Source of the DNA: Antedon mediterranea
Taxonomy: Eukaryota; Animalia; Echinodermata
Assembly (NCBI RefSeq): GCF_964355755.1
Contig: NC_092679.1
Span: 10,833,432-10,897,431, forward strand
Direction: 5' to 3'
DNA length: 64,000 nt
Both the position numbers and the translations under genes were made by a program. Positions 1 through 13,425 of this stretch are shown in pieces; the stretch's first letter is position 1; every line of letters begins with the position of its first letter. The notes beneath the pieces are model-generated. The model saw only the letters and a program-made list of their open reading frames with translations, did not search any database and had not been told where the DNA came from.

Positions 1-2734
1 GTAGTTTAACTTCACCATTTCAATTCACAATTTCTAGAACTCTGGCCATTCGCTGATCCCATCTCTTTCTATATAATGATCTTGGACTCGTCGTCATTAT
101 GTGTTTGTCTTTTCATTGTCAAGTTCTGCAAATACTATGTTTCAATGAATACCTTTCGTAAGAGATGAAATGCTTTAGATTTTTACTTTTGTTCGCTACT
201 AAAAACTGGAATCCACAACTCACTACACAGACAGACCACAGTTTTTATATCAGTCTCGATATGGTTGGTAGCCACAGATAGTTTTACTGTGCATAATGTA
301 GTACAAATGTTGTGTTCTGAAGAGAAAGAAAAGCTTGTATATATACTGTTCAAAGTTAGCAGTATGATGTCAGGAGAAAATAAACTCATCTGATTCTTTT
401 CAATTCTTTATGCGTCTTTCTAACGAACATAAGATATTTTCATTTCAATTAAGCTTATTCATAATAAAAGATTACATAGTATTGGAAAACAATAGACTAT
501 TAGGATAAAATAATAAAAAGGGTCGGAGACTAATAAAATCAAGTCAATGTCAACTAATATATATAAAAAAGCAATGCTTGGAATGATTGTGTCCACTGTA
601 AATGATTATGTCTCTTCCTTTTTTCGAAAGAGAAATCAATCCTGGTGGTCACGTATATAGAGATATTCAAAACTTTGTTGCAGAACTAGACCAAATGACC
701 CAAATCTTCACCAATATTGACTGGAAGTTGTGAATGTGCGCTCTACAACAAAAGTCAGAGTTAATTATCTCTGTTAGAATCATTTTAATGATAGCAATGC
801 AAGAATATGCCCTGACTAGTGTTTGGATAGTCCAGAAAATAATTTATGGACAGGGGTTCCAGATTTATCTTCACTGGGGTTGGTATGTACATATTCTGGA
901 CGTAAGTTAACTATGAATTATATTCTGATTGCAATGGGGATGAAAAAAGTGATAACCAATAATTTTAGTAAGATTTGTTAGACGCTTATTCACTAAAGTG
1001 CTCAAGGCCAACCAATGGAAACTAATCCGTAAACTTTACAAAACCACATAATTGGTGTGTTTTGTTTTAAGGTGCACAGACTGGCTATAGTATATAACGA
1101 AGTATTCTCAGTTATCTGAGTACCTAGACAAATAAAAACCAAAATTATATTTGCCAACATAAAGAAGCAGATCAAATTTACTCAAAATGAGTATTTCAGT
1201 TGGGGCGACTTTTTCTGATTCTCACTTTTTCCTCATCTTTATCGTTTCAAATTAAATAAATTTCAGTATATCACCTAAGCTTTGAACAATAATTGACATA
1301 ATGTGACATCACGCTATTCGCACGGCGACGGACAAACGAGAGGAAATTTATCAAGAAATATTAAAATTAATAGTGTTCTTCAATAAGATTAATAATTCAT
1401 ACCTACAAAATGTAAAAGAAGTAAAAATACAGTAAAAAAAACTTCACAAAATGTAATTTTATCATTAAAAATCAGATAATGTATCGCAAGAAATCTGAGG
1501 GTTGTAACGATCTATTTATAAGTATTTGCATAATACCCTGATGCCTATTCGCAGCGTTTATCTGGCCTTTTAACAAAACATTTGAATTTGTAATATTTTT
1601 TTTTTATTTTAGATTTTGACAATAAAAAGATATAAAGTAAAGGTTCGTAACGGTAAGTTATTGGGACGAACTGTCAAATTTGGCCCAAGCAATATTTAAG
1701 AGCTGAAAGTGGTTTCCAGATCGACGCAATATTCATTGCGTGTCATCACACTGTGGGAAGGAACCGACGACGTATCCACGGTGCCGTATGTAGACGATTC
1801 TACACCGTTTTCTGCTTTACGTTCGTCGCAACTGTAATTATTCAACTTCTCGGTCGTAAGAGGGGAGATGCAAAATAGAAAATTAAATATAAGTCAGTGA
1901 TTACAAACGCCGCACAGTGACTCAGAATTGGTGTGTGTTTGTGTTTGTTTGTCATCACTCTAGCGCTCACAATTTTGATTTGAATAACTCCAAATTACTA
2001 CCATACATGTCACCTGGTGCAAGGACGACACTGCTTAATTTTGGTTAAAATCCGGACCACGGTCCCAATTCTGGACCACTTTTAAAAATTATTTTCAGAC
2101 CTGCTAGTGTTAAAAGATAGGACAGAATTTTCAAAAGCCGGTGAGCAGTCCAAAAAACTTCATTTTTGTACAAGAGGCAAGAGTTATAATTTGTGATTTG
2201 TAATTTTAAAACATAATTTGATTTAATATACAGGTTTTTTGATGCATATAGTTTAAAAAACCTATTTCTTTTCAAATTCATTCGTTTGATTTTCGCGTTG
2301 CTGTTCTATTGTTAGTCAACCGAAGCTATTGATATTAATTGAAAGGCTTGTTACATAACCATTACTCCAAACTCGCATACACATGCTTGTAGTGAAATTA
2401 GCCTAAATCACAAACAACATTAAGACACACACAAATAGATATATATATATATATTTATATCCAATCTGCAGTGCAGCTCAGGTTTCGAAATGAATGTACC
2501 GCAGAACTGGCACAATATAGGCTGAGCCAGTTATGCAGGACATGGTACACTGATCATGAACACAAAGAGTGCACAAGCTCAACGGGCGTGCTTTGCAAAA
2601 TGCTAATAGTATTCACAACATAAATACACCGTTTTATAAAATAAATGGTCATTTTATTTTTACACTGCCTAATATGGTAAATATTAGATAAATATTTCAA
2701 GCAGTATCAAATCCATCGCTTTCTTCTAAATAAA

Positions 2735-2863
2735 AACAAGGCCAACAGCCATAAGTCGCGTGCTAAAACGCATAGTGATACCGGACCGACAGACAGACCG
2801 ACAGACCGACCGACCGACCGACCGACATAGTGAACTATAGAGTCGCGTCCACGCGACTAAAAA
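2735..2863 (-). mobile_element. Short HINE/DINE-1-like non-autonomous Helentron
   Basis: Minus strand reads TTTT-AGTCGCGTGGACGCGACT hairpin, a (GTCY)-type microsatellite, the subterminal inverted CACGCGACT, and a short terminal hairpin GGCTGTTGGCC followed by TTGTTT. Confidence 0.7.
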
Positions 2864-3039
2864 CAGCAAATTTATCAAAACTGTTGTTTTGCTCGATTTT
2901 GGCACAAATGATTCTGGACCACAGTGTTGATCGCATTTATACGCTTATTACACTTATTTCACCAGTATATAAAGTTATTTATACATTGTATCATCTTAGT
3001 GACTTACATGAACAGTATATTAATCAGAGATTTTGTACC

Positions 3040-6000
3040 TGAACTGTGTGTTAGGCTGTTTTAAAAGCTTACCTAAGCTACCATTGTCTTAGCTGTTATT
3101 GTTCTGTAGCATAGGCTGTGTAGGCTGTTGTGTGCCTATCTGCTTTGTTGTTGTTTGTGCTGCTATGCTGACATTCTTTAGCCTAGCTAGGAATGTGTAC
3201 TCTTCACCATTTATTTATTTATTTGGTTCAATGTACAACTACACATCAAAAGTATTATACAGCATATCTAGCTGCTGTTTGAAATCTATCCGATTGGATT
3301 CATCTACTTGGAGTTACATATGTAGGCTTCGACTTAACAATAAACAAGGCCAACAGCCATTAAGTCGCGTGCTACAATGCATAGTGATACCGGACCGACA
3401 GACAGACCGACAGACAGAGAGACCGACCGACCGACATAGTGAACTATACTGACCGAAATTACTGAACATGTTTAAAAATGTTGAAATGTTTAAAAACATT
3501 TATTTTTTTTTAATTTACACGTGCGTAGCCTGTCACTTTCGACGTGCTCGTATAACGTAATTTCGAGTTGAAAAGTAAGTCAAGAAAACAGAAATCGGGC
3601 AAAAAGAGTGCGCAATAACATTTAACGCGCAGTGCGCGCGCAAAAATATGCGCGCTCATGGCAATTTTGTAAACGCTTAAAATTGCCTGAAATGTACTCT
3701 TATTTCATCGAAAATAAATTTTGAAAATGTTAAGCGCGCGTGCGCATGCGTTACATGCGCTACGCACGTAATTGTATTGCCATATGATGATTTATGCCCT
3801 GAAATTTATGAGTACCAAATTTTATTTAATTGTGATTCATGGTTGTGAAGATATGATTACAAACGTGATTTCGTTAAATCGTGCGTAGACCGCGTAATTT
3901 TTTATTGCGCACCGTGAAAACATAACCACATTGATTCCTGGCCATATACTGTGAAAAATTGACCTAGCTAGATTAAACTGATATCAAGATAAGGTCAGAA
4001 AGCGATAAAACGCATAGTGATACCGGACCGACAGACAGACAGACAGACAGACCGACAGACAGACCGACAGACAGACAGACCGACCGACATAGTGAACTAT
4101 AGAGTCGCTTCCACGCGACTAAAAACGAACGAGACGGGGATGCCGTGGCGGCGCATCAAAGCGGAGAAAGCAAAATATATCATTTTTTCAAGAATCCATC
4201 CCAAATCCAAGCAGTGCACAAACTAGAATTTCTAGAATTTCTTTTTGTTTACTTAATGCAAGATCAATTTGTGATCCGAATCAAACCGGAAAATCCACTT
4301 CAATATTTGAGCACATTATAGATAACGATTTGGACATTTTTGCGCTAACTGAGACATGGTTGCGTGATGATGACTCAATTTCTGCTGGCTGCATAACTCC
4401 AGATGGTTACATGTTTAACCATGTTCCTAGAACATATGGTCGTCATGGGGGAGTCGCCCTCATGTACAAAGCTGGTCTAAAAACACGCTCTCTGGACTTA
4501 CCTGACTGTAGTAGGCCCTACTTTTGAATCGTTGGGAATTCAATTTAGTAACGGAATTCGAACACTGCGAATCATAGTTATCTATCGTCCTCCTCCTAGC
4601 AAGAAAAATAGTTTCACCATTTCACATTTCTTCAATGAGTTCTCTAACATGCTTGATACCATTGCATTAGTACATTCCGACTTGCTCATTGCCGGGGATT
4701 TCAACTTTCACCTTGACAAATCCGAGAATAGGGAGGTTATGCAATTTATGAGCCTTCTTAAAGTTTATGATCTTAATCAACATGTTAAGCAACCAACCCA
4801 TGAGGCAGGTCATACTCTTGACCTGCTTATTTCCAAATCAACTGACACCTTTCTAAATGTCAATGTGGGCATCCCACATATATCTGACCACTCAGCTGTA
4901 CATTGTAAGTTACAGTTAAATAAACCGCGCCAACTCAGAAAATAGTTTCTAGTCGTAACTACAAGAATCTCTGTGCTGACTCTGTTGTCAGCGAGTTACT
5001 ACCACTAACACTGACTGTATCTCTTCCATGTGACATTGATGATGCTATATGTATGTACAACTCTACATTGCGTTCAATCATTGATAAACTTGCTCCAACT
5101 AAGTCACGTCTGGTGACTATTCGACCGCAAACTCCATGGTATACTGATGAGATACGAAAACAGAAAAAAGTAAGAAGGCAGCTGGAGAGGAAATGGCGTA
5201 AGACAGGTCTCGAAACTGATTGGCATGCTTACACACATCAACGCCAATGTGTATCATCACATATTCATACTGCAAAGTTGGAATATCACTCAGCGCTAGT
5301 AAATAATGCTGTAGGCGACCAGAAGCAATTATTCAAAATTGTAAACACGTTACTGCATAGAGGAAATAAGACACCCTTATCTACCTGTAAATCAACCAGT
5401 ATTCTTGCTGAACGTTTCTCAGAGTTTTTTAATGAAAAGATCACTAAAATTCGATCAGGATTTCCTCAATCTGTTCTCCAGGATGCGCATACATTTAGTA
5501 CAAGGGCTTTTTTAAGCTGTCAACTGTCTATTCTTGAACCAACCACAGATGAGGAGATCGAGAAATTGATCAAGGCATCCCCGATAAAGTCTTGTGAGCT
5601 AGATCCTATTCCAACTTGGCTTTTAAGGGATTGCGCTCCTGTAATAGTTCCAGTGCTAATGAAATTAGTTAATCTTTCACTTATCACATCCACAGTACCG
5701 CAGAATTTAAAGAAAGCACATGTACGGCCTTTGCTGAGGAAGACTGGCTTCAACCCAGAAGTTCTTAAAAATTATAGACCGGTTTCAAATTTATTCTTTG
5801 TTTCGAAGCTTATTGAGCGTGTTGTTGCAGTTAGACTCTCTAAGCATATGTCAAATCACAACCTCAATGAAACTTACCAATCAGCATACAAAGCTAACCA
5901 CAGTGTGGAGACAGCGCTTCTACGTGTTCCGAATGACGTTTTGACATCAATAGATAATCAAGAACTTGTTATTCTAGTTTGACTAGACTTATCGGCTGCC

Positions 6001-7139
6001 TTTGACACAGTAGATTACTCACTGCCTTTTCATAGATTGTCACATGATATTGGGGTAAGAGATCAAGCATTGTCTTGGTTTACATCATATCTAAAGGAAC
6101 AGAACCCAGGCCGTCTGCATGGTGATGTTTCAACAGATGACCTTCCTCTATTATGTGGCGTCCCACAAGGTTCGGTGCTTGGACCACAGCTGTTTTCCAT
6201 CTATGTTGCACCAGTTGCTGAAATAATACGAAGACACGGATTATGTCATCATTTCTTTGCAGATGATATACAAATCTACCTTGCCAGACAAAGTTTCTGC
6301 CCGCCGTAAAACGGTCAGAAGCATGCACTGCTGAGATTAGAAAATGGATGGGCTCCAACTTCCTCAAGCTAAATGATAAAAAGACCGAGGTGATCCTATT
6401 TGGTTCTGTTCAGCAGAGAAAAAAGATCCGGTTTGATGACCTACATATTGGTGGCGTGCTAGTCAATCCATCAACTGAAGTTCGTAACCTTGGTGTACAA
6501 CTTGATTGTAAAATGACCATGGAATCACATATCAACAAAATCTGCCGATCTGCTATTTTCCATTTATGTAACATCGCCAAGATCAGACGTTACTTGAACC
6601 ATTGTGCAACAGAGCAGATTGTACATGCTTTTGTTACCAGTCGGCTTGATATGGGAAATTCCCTGCTGTATGGTCTGCCAAAGAAGCAGTTGCGGACTCT
6701 CCAGAAGGTGCAAAATTGGGCAGCTCGCTTGGTGATGTGTGCCAAGAAGTATGATCACGTCACACCATTGTTCAAAGAGTTAAATTGGCTACCCATGGAG
6801 TCACGTGTTAAATTTAAGATCCTGCTGCTGGTGTTCCGATGCCTAAATAGTTGCGCTCCAAAATATCTCTCAGAATTGTTGACAGTCAAGCGAGAACTAA
6901 GATCTAGTCATCAGGTGCTACTGGACATTCCAAGGAGCAAACATAGTTGGGGAGATCGGACTTTCAGTGTTGCTGGACCTAGGCTCTGGAACCACCTACC
7001 CTTGAACATTAAACACACATCATTATTGAGTCACTTTAAGTCACTACTCAAAACTCACCTTTTCTGATTTTTTCTACAGCGCCATGAGCAATGAATGTTG
7101 GAATGGCGCTATATAAATCGAACGATTGATTGATTGATT
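3040..7139 (+). mobile_element. Decayed L2-clade LINE (APE endonuclease plus reverse transcriptase); 5' boundary approximate
   Basis: ORF fragments 4330-7067 contain ALTETWL, YRPP, GDFN, SDH, NYRPVS, GVPQGSVLGP and FADD, broken by several frameshifts. The 3' end has the stem-loop AGCGCCAT..ATGGCGCT, ATATAAAT and a (GATT)n tail. Confidence 0.92.
3345..4125 (-). mobile_element. Longer HINE copy inserted into the L2 ORF
   Basis: Same termini as 2735-2863, two GACA/GACC microsatellite blocks; inserted at an A/T run with no TSD. Confidence 0.75.
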
Positions 7140-7299
7140 CACCACTGTGCGCCGTTTGTAAATCTAGCTAATTTATAACGGCCTAATCTACCATATAAAT
7201 TTTATCCTATTATTAAATATAATGCAGCTTTCACGCGCTCCAGAAATTGCACTGCAGACTTCGTACGCGAGCTGCTAGTTGTTTTACCCCTTTGAAGAT

Positions 7300-7373
7300 T
7301 TGGAACCCCCACTTTTACAGCGAACACCCTCCATCCCCGACATATGCCCAATAAGATCCTGGTTACGGCCCTG
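7300..7373. mobile_element. Truncated end of the CAGGCCCGTAGCCAG DNA transposon family
   Basis: GATCCTGGTTACGGCCCTG matches the terminus at 61243-61261. Confidence 0.55.
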
Positions 7374-7482
7374 CGGTGTCATGAAGATAGATTAGAGAGA
7401 TAGATATCTCAGTTATAAATAGAGATATCTTTGTTTTAAATAGCGATATCTTAGTTACTAAAGATATCTCTATTCTACAGAG

Positions 7483-7900
7483 TTATGCGACTACTGTCGA
7501 GCTGAACCAGAAACAGACAAACACATACTATTAAAGTGTAAAAGTGTTCAACTTGCATGGAATAATTTTAATTCCATGATTCAAGACTGCTATACACTTA
7601 ACAAAACAGTTAATTACTGGATAGAAATAGTTACTGGAACAAAAAGTAAAAATGTAAATGAATTAATCTCATTGTTAACCTTTTGTATTTACAAATCTAA
7701 ATATATCAAATCGTCAGAAAAATATACAAAAAGATCAACAATGATTTGGAGCTTTTTCCGAGTAGAACTCGAAACACAATTTATTAGCTAACCTAAAATT
7801 AAAAAGGAATACAGAAGTAACTTTTAATACACTTATTGTATTTTACTATAAAACAGAAAGATGAAAAAGAAGGAAAGAAATATAGATTGAAAAACAACGC
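7483..7900 (+). mobile_element. 3' fragment of an L1/Tx1-type LINE (C-terminal CCHC knuckle)
   Basis: LCDYCRAEPETDKHILLKCKSVQLAW in frame with ORF 7576..7791, followed by A-rich sequence. Confidence 0.6.
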
Positions 7901-7941
7901 TTCAATACGTTGACCAAATTTTATAAGAGGGTATGTGCCAA

Positions 7942-8055
7942 TATAACCAATTATGTTATGTTTGAAAAGATAACCAATTATGTTATGTTTGAAAAGATAA
8001 CCAATTATGTTATGTTTTAAAAGATAACCAATTATGTTATGGTTTAAAAGATAAA
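7942..8055. repeat. 27-bp minisatellite, ~4 copies
   Basis: ATAACCAATTATGTTATGTTTGAAAAG tandem units. Confidence 0.85.
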
Positions 8056-8212
8056 GTAAAAAGATATCTCTTATAACCATATTATTGTACATACATGTTA
8101 TAAACACATTTTTTAAATATTTATTCTTTGTATATCTTTATCATGGAATAGACTAATGAATAAAAGTGGAATAAACCCACGAAAGAGAGTAAAAAAGGAT
8201 ATCTCTATTTAA

Positions 8213-8385
8213 AAATAACACCTGATGAAGGGCTAGTGTTGCCCGAATGCTCTGCTAACTTTTCTGGCAGTTTTACTTTATAGTCTTGATTTAGCTTTTC
8301 GCTCTTTTTTGTATCTCCATTGAGATCCAGCCACGTCACTGATACCCACAGTATTGTCATTTCATTAATTTGCCTTTGGATCTAT
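8213..8385 (+). mobile_element. Penelope pseudo-LTR-like fragment with a degenerate hammerhead motif
   Basis: CTGATGA-A-GGGC(tagtgtt)GCCC-GAAT-GC-TC followed by a T-rich tract. Confidence 0.45.
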
Positions 8386-8439
8386 TTAAAACTAAGATAT
8401 CTCTATTTAAAAGTATATCAGTGAGGTAAAGCCGAAGGT

Positions 8440-8640
8440 TAGAGGGCGTACCCCAGACTGAAAAGTGATTCAAACAGGACGAGGGGGAAACCAACTAGAT
8501 GGCGGCCGTAAATGTGTTCAAAAACATTATTTAATATATAAAAATAAAAATCTAATATAATACATTAAGAACACATACATTTCAACACATATTCTTGTCA
8601 AAGCACAGTGTAGTTTTTATAAATTAAACATATTGTTAAT
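8440..8640. repeat. Interspersed repeat end, second copy at 35910-36070
   Basis: TAGAGGGCGTAC..CAGACTGAAAAGTGATT..AGATGGCGGC..TGTGTTCAAAA shared by both loci. Confidence 0.7.
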
Positions 8641-9239
8641 CGCAATGAAATGAATATTTTCTTGGTAATCTAGCATTTTTCGCGCCGCTGCTCTAGCCAG
8701 CTATGTCCCATAAGGACATATTCATTAATAAGCTGTTTCATAGCGGTAGCTTTAGTATCTAAGGCCGACAGATTTGCGAATTTGTGAACACACACAGACA
8801 AAACAATTTGTATGTATTGTTGAACATGAAAACAACTTAACAATTTGTGTTTCCGCAGCAATGTATTTTTAATCTATTTATGTTAAACTTTTTTATTTTA
8901 TCTATATAATGTATCAAAAATAATGCACCACGAAAAACACCCAAAATAAATAGTTTGGCATTTTATACTTTCGTTGGTGTTTGCGTGCATCATCTAATAC
9001 ACACAGCACCATTTTCATTAGCGTCTTCTATTTTCGCAAAGTCTGAACATTAAAAAGTAAAGTATAATTAGTTCCATATCCAGTATTGCTTTCACTTTTT
9101 AGTCTACATATATTTCAAAGTGTATGACAAATCAATGGCCGTAAATACAATAGTTCCCAATTTTATTCTTGATGCAATTTGTTTTTATTTTAATAATTTT
9201 TTTAAGTACTTTTATCAGAGTGCGCTTTTATTATACTTG

Positions 9240-9660
9240 CCCATGCAAAGTATCTATCTCTATGGTACAACGTTGTATCAACGTTGAAATCAGGTTGATG
9301 TCTGACAATTCAAGGTCGATCTGCCTTCGTCGATACAACGTCACTATTTAACGTCAATACAATTGAAATCAGATTGAAGCCTGACCATTTAAGATCGATC
9401 TACGATATCGTCGAAACGTCACTATTTAACATTGATGAAGTCAGGTCAAAAGTCTTACAAGGTAGTGTCGGTCTGCCATTGTTGATACAACGTCACTATA
9501 TTAACGTTGATACAACGTTGAAAATTAGGTTGAAGCCTGACAATTTAAGACCGATCTACCTTTTTCGATAATAATCAGGTTGAACAAGCTGTCGAAACGA
9601 CGTCACTATTTAACGTTGATACAACGTTGAAATCAGGTTGAATACTGACAATTTAATCGA
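9240..9660. repeat. Tandemly repeated ~70-85 bp units, probably the interior of a MITE
   Basis: Recurrent ACGTCACTATTTAACGTTGATACAACGTTGAAATCAGGTTGA. Confidence 0.7.
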
Positions 9661-12600
9661 TCATATTAAACGATGAACCCTTCACATAAAAAGCGTCGAT
9701 TTTCGCACACAATTTTGTCTTTTTCCACGATTTATGTTGAGTAATAATAAATGTATTATTCGGTTTAATTTATGAGCATATCAATACCATACATTCTACG
9801 TGAAAAAGTCAAGCTAATGTGTTTGAAGTAAAAAAAGTTCATGGTCAAAAGAAAGTTAATCGAACACGCACCCATAAACTTTATTATTTTAGGTATAACA
9901 ACATACAAGAAGTTCAAATAAAGATAACTGTATAATATATCAATGTCATAATCAACGTTATAACATTAAATTTAAAACTAATATACGTAACTGATCTTGT
10001 ATGCAATAGAAAAACAATTGCCGTATACAGGAACATTCTCTATATTATTAAACCTGCTGTTTGTCTTTCAGTCGCTTAGTTTTCTTGGTACATCTCTGAA
10101 GAATCTAAAGAACCACGTTCCGTCTTAGATGCTAAAGAATGAAGTTTTTAAATAATGGTGGTCTGAGAAAATATAGGCTTAATTGTTTTCAAATATAAAA
10201 TAAGAGTTAACACAGTTGGGTCATTTTTTCATGACCTAGCGACTTTTTGACTGTGTGCTTATTGATTAATAAAACCCGATTAATATATTTTTATGTCACC
10301 AATGAAAACTATAAAGAAGAATAAGAATTCGTCAAAAGATTGCTAATGATAGCAAACTCATACACGACTGTGACCGTCCAAAATTATAATAAAATATACT
10401 TACTTGTACAGTATCAGCAAAAAAACAGATATTTGTCTGCTTCATACGCATAGTTTTCAGTTAATTTACTTTTTAGCAGATTGTAGGCCTAATTAAATTA
10501 ACATTGAATATTTAAAATATGTTTCAGAAAGTGCATTACTGCTTGATAAGCAATAAAGGAATGGCCCATTTGTAAATGACTTTATTTTTATGTTAAGGTA
10601 GGCTTACTCCCATTGGCTAAGGTTATGATAATTTTGTTTGTATTTTCTATTATTTTGTTTAAAGCGTAATGTAATCGTTATCGGTTAGAACACTATTTAT
10701 ATTCCACATATATTGATTAATACTGTATACACGAAATTGTTTGATCGAAGAATATCTTATGTCGGTAGACAGTACTTCATAGAAGACTATATTTTGGTGT
10801 ATATCGAAAGTGTTTTTACGTCTCCACCTGAACTGAGTTACTGGTCAAAGTAAGATAGATTAACGTTGCCAATTGATATACTACTGACCAAAGAGGCAAA
10901 ATAACGACTTGAAATTAAAATATGATAGTTCAAAGCAGACCATTAAGAGCGAACAATAAACCCAAGAGGTTTAATGATTTTAAGGTGTAAAAAAGTCATA
11001 TATAGTGATGAGGTATGTTAATTTAAAATTCTTTTAATGCAAAGTTGGGTGTCTAGAAAACTCAGATATATCTGAGTTTTATCAATTGGATCGTCCCATT
11101 ATTAATCAGAGGGTAGATTGTTTGAAATACTACAGTATTATACATGTTCTTAATTACTACTACTACCGAGATGTCTGCCCATGTTGCAAGCCGTAATGTC
11201 TTCTTTCTTGAGCCCACTCTGTCACGGCAGTTAGTTTCAAAAGATGTTTAAATTAAATAATGTATTAATAATGATTAGGATGGTATTTATTTGAATAAAA
11301 GCCTCTCCAATAAAACATCACTTTGAATAATAATCCCCCCCTCCAACCCAACTATCTAATAAACGTCCATCCACATTTATAATAACACAATTATACTATT
11401 TGTAGTAGAATTCATTGCACTGTTATCTACAATTTACCAAGCATTTGTTATTCTTTTTTACCACTTTTCATATTTGATTATAAATGTTACCATATTATTA
11501 AAACGAAAACTAAAAAAATTAACATATATCCCTCGAATATGCACCTCCCTCAAATGAACTCCGCCTCCCCAAAGGGCCCTACCAAACAATAAACACTATA
11601 CTTTAAAATGTTATTAATCATCTAAAACACTGTGAAACAGAGCAGTTTAGTTTTACGAATGTCAAGCATTTTCAATAATGGTAACCGACAGAAAACGTAC
11701 AAGGAGAACATTATCATTCCGATAACCATCGTCTACACCCTCTAGTGATTATTAATTAAGGTTAAGCTATCAGTAGTGACCGATAGTCGTGTATATTACT
11801 ATGATTTTATTTTTATAGCATTATAAAGTTTAGTATGTAAATGTCACAAATTAAATTAAGTTGTTGAAGTAAGGGATATTGCGCGCATAGTTAGTCCCTA
11901 GTTAAGAATGACCTTTCCAGTTGAACCTGTAGTTTAAACCAAACAAACAAAATTATGTTGTGATTTGTTCTAGAATCAACCAAATTTTTACTGGACTAAA
12001 TACTGACATAATGCTGTATTTTATGCTGAATAAATACAACTTACCAAAACGACAATTGCAATAAATGTAACCTTTATTCGCATTAAAACAAATATGCTTT
12101 AGAGCAGATGCTTTAGATCCACTATATTGTATAATATAATAAGTGTTACAAACCGAAATATGTAACACATGGTAGTGTTTAAACACATTTACCATATGTT
12201 GTTATGATCTGGCATCTGCTTGTGTAGTCCTTTATCTAAAACAAGTAAACACTTTTAATATAAAATGCAATTAGTGATAAATTATATAGCAAACTGTACC
12301 ACAAATATTGTACTAATACTCTAATTCTTTTAAACAAAGTACTACTAAATTACTAAACTGAATGCAAAATATTTACAAATAGAAAAAAAAGCAACAAAGG
12401 ATAAAAACATGTTTTGTAAACAAATTATTTTACATTATCACAATAAAATCCATTCTAAAATTTGAATTGACCGCTTAGTTTCTACTATTATAATAGTAAT
12501 ATAATCATTCATCTATGGTAAACAACTGGCTGACAAATTTGCCATGTTTCCTACTATGACTTATTCCATCATTTAACCACATAACAAAAGAAAGAACACA

Positions 12601-13425
12601 GGCACCTTCATCACTCTGATACAACACATTCCTTTGAATTACTTGCTATAAAAACTGTATGATTAATATGGTATTTCTAATAATAGTATTTCTGTAATGT
12701 ATTAGCCAGAGTCAATGAAAGGCACCATGACATCTTCCCAAGTCAGTAATTTTATGTGTGGAAATCAGTCAAGTAAAATAATCACAGACAAATTGTCACC
12801 ACTTTTATTAAAGGTAAAAAACATTATCTAGCTAAGGCTAAGTTATAGACAAATCAATTTATTTTACAGTTTCCACTGTACTTCTGCCTCCATAGATACA
12901 ATAATTTCACATAGGCCTACAATAAAAATTCTATTGGACATTTGTAAAATCAGAATTATTGCAAAGCAGTTTCTTTGCATTCAAACTATTTATACTGTAT
13001 AGTTTAACACATATAATAATAGTGTTATATATACTTATTTTTTATAAGCTACTGTGTAAAGCTAGTATATATTTGCAATAAGCCTACATAAAAACTGCAA
13101 TAACATACAGAAAAAAAACCAAACATTTTATTTATGTGCATTACAGTACACCTAAAAAGTATTCAATGTCGACAATTACTGAAATGAGAATAATCATAAT
13201 TATACTTTTCATCTGGAAAGAATTTTGACATACATATTTACAACCAAATATTGATGAAACACCATCATCATTTTTGTCTTTCCACAAATAATGTACTATA
13301 ATATAAGGAAATACAGTCCTTGAAAATTGATTGATTTTAAAGAATACGCCTGAACCTTGTATATATAATATATATATTTACCAAATAAAAAGAAAATTGC
13401 CAATACAAGCCTTCCTAGTTTTCAA

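Noticed and set aside
1-126. Coding exon on the minus strand at the window edge
   Set aside because: All three frames after the acceptor-like site contain stops.
9240-9660. Repeat-spacer-like array resembling CRISPR
   Set aside because: The intervening segments are themselves homologous, the context is eukaryotic and there are no cas genes; it is a MITE-internal tandem repeat.
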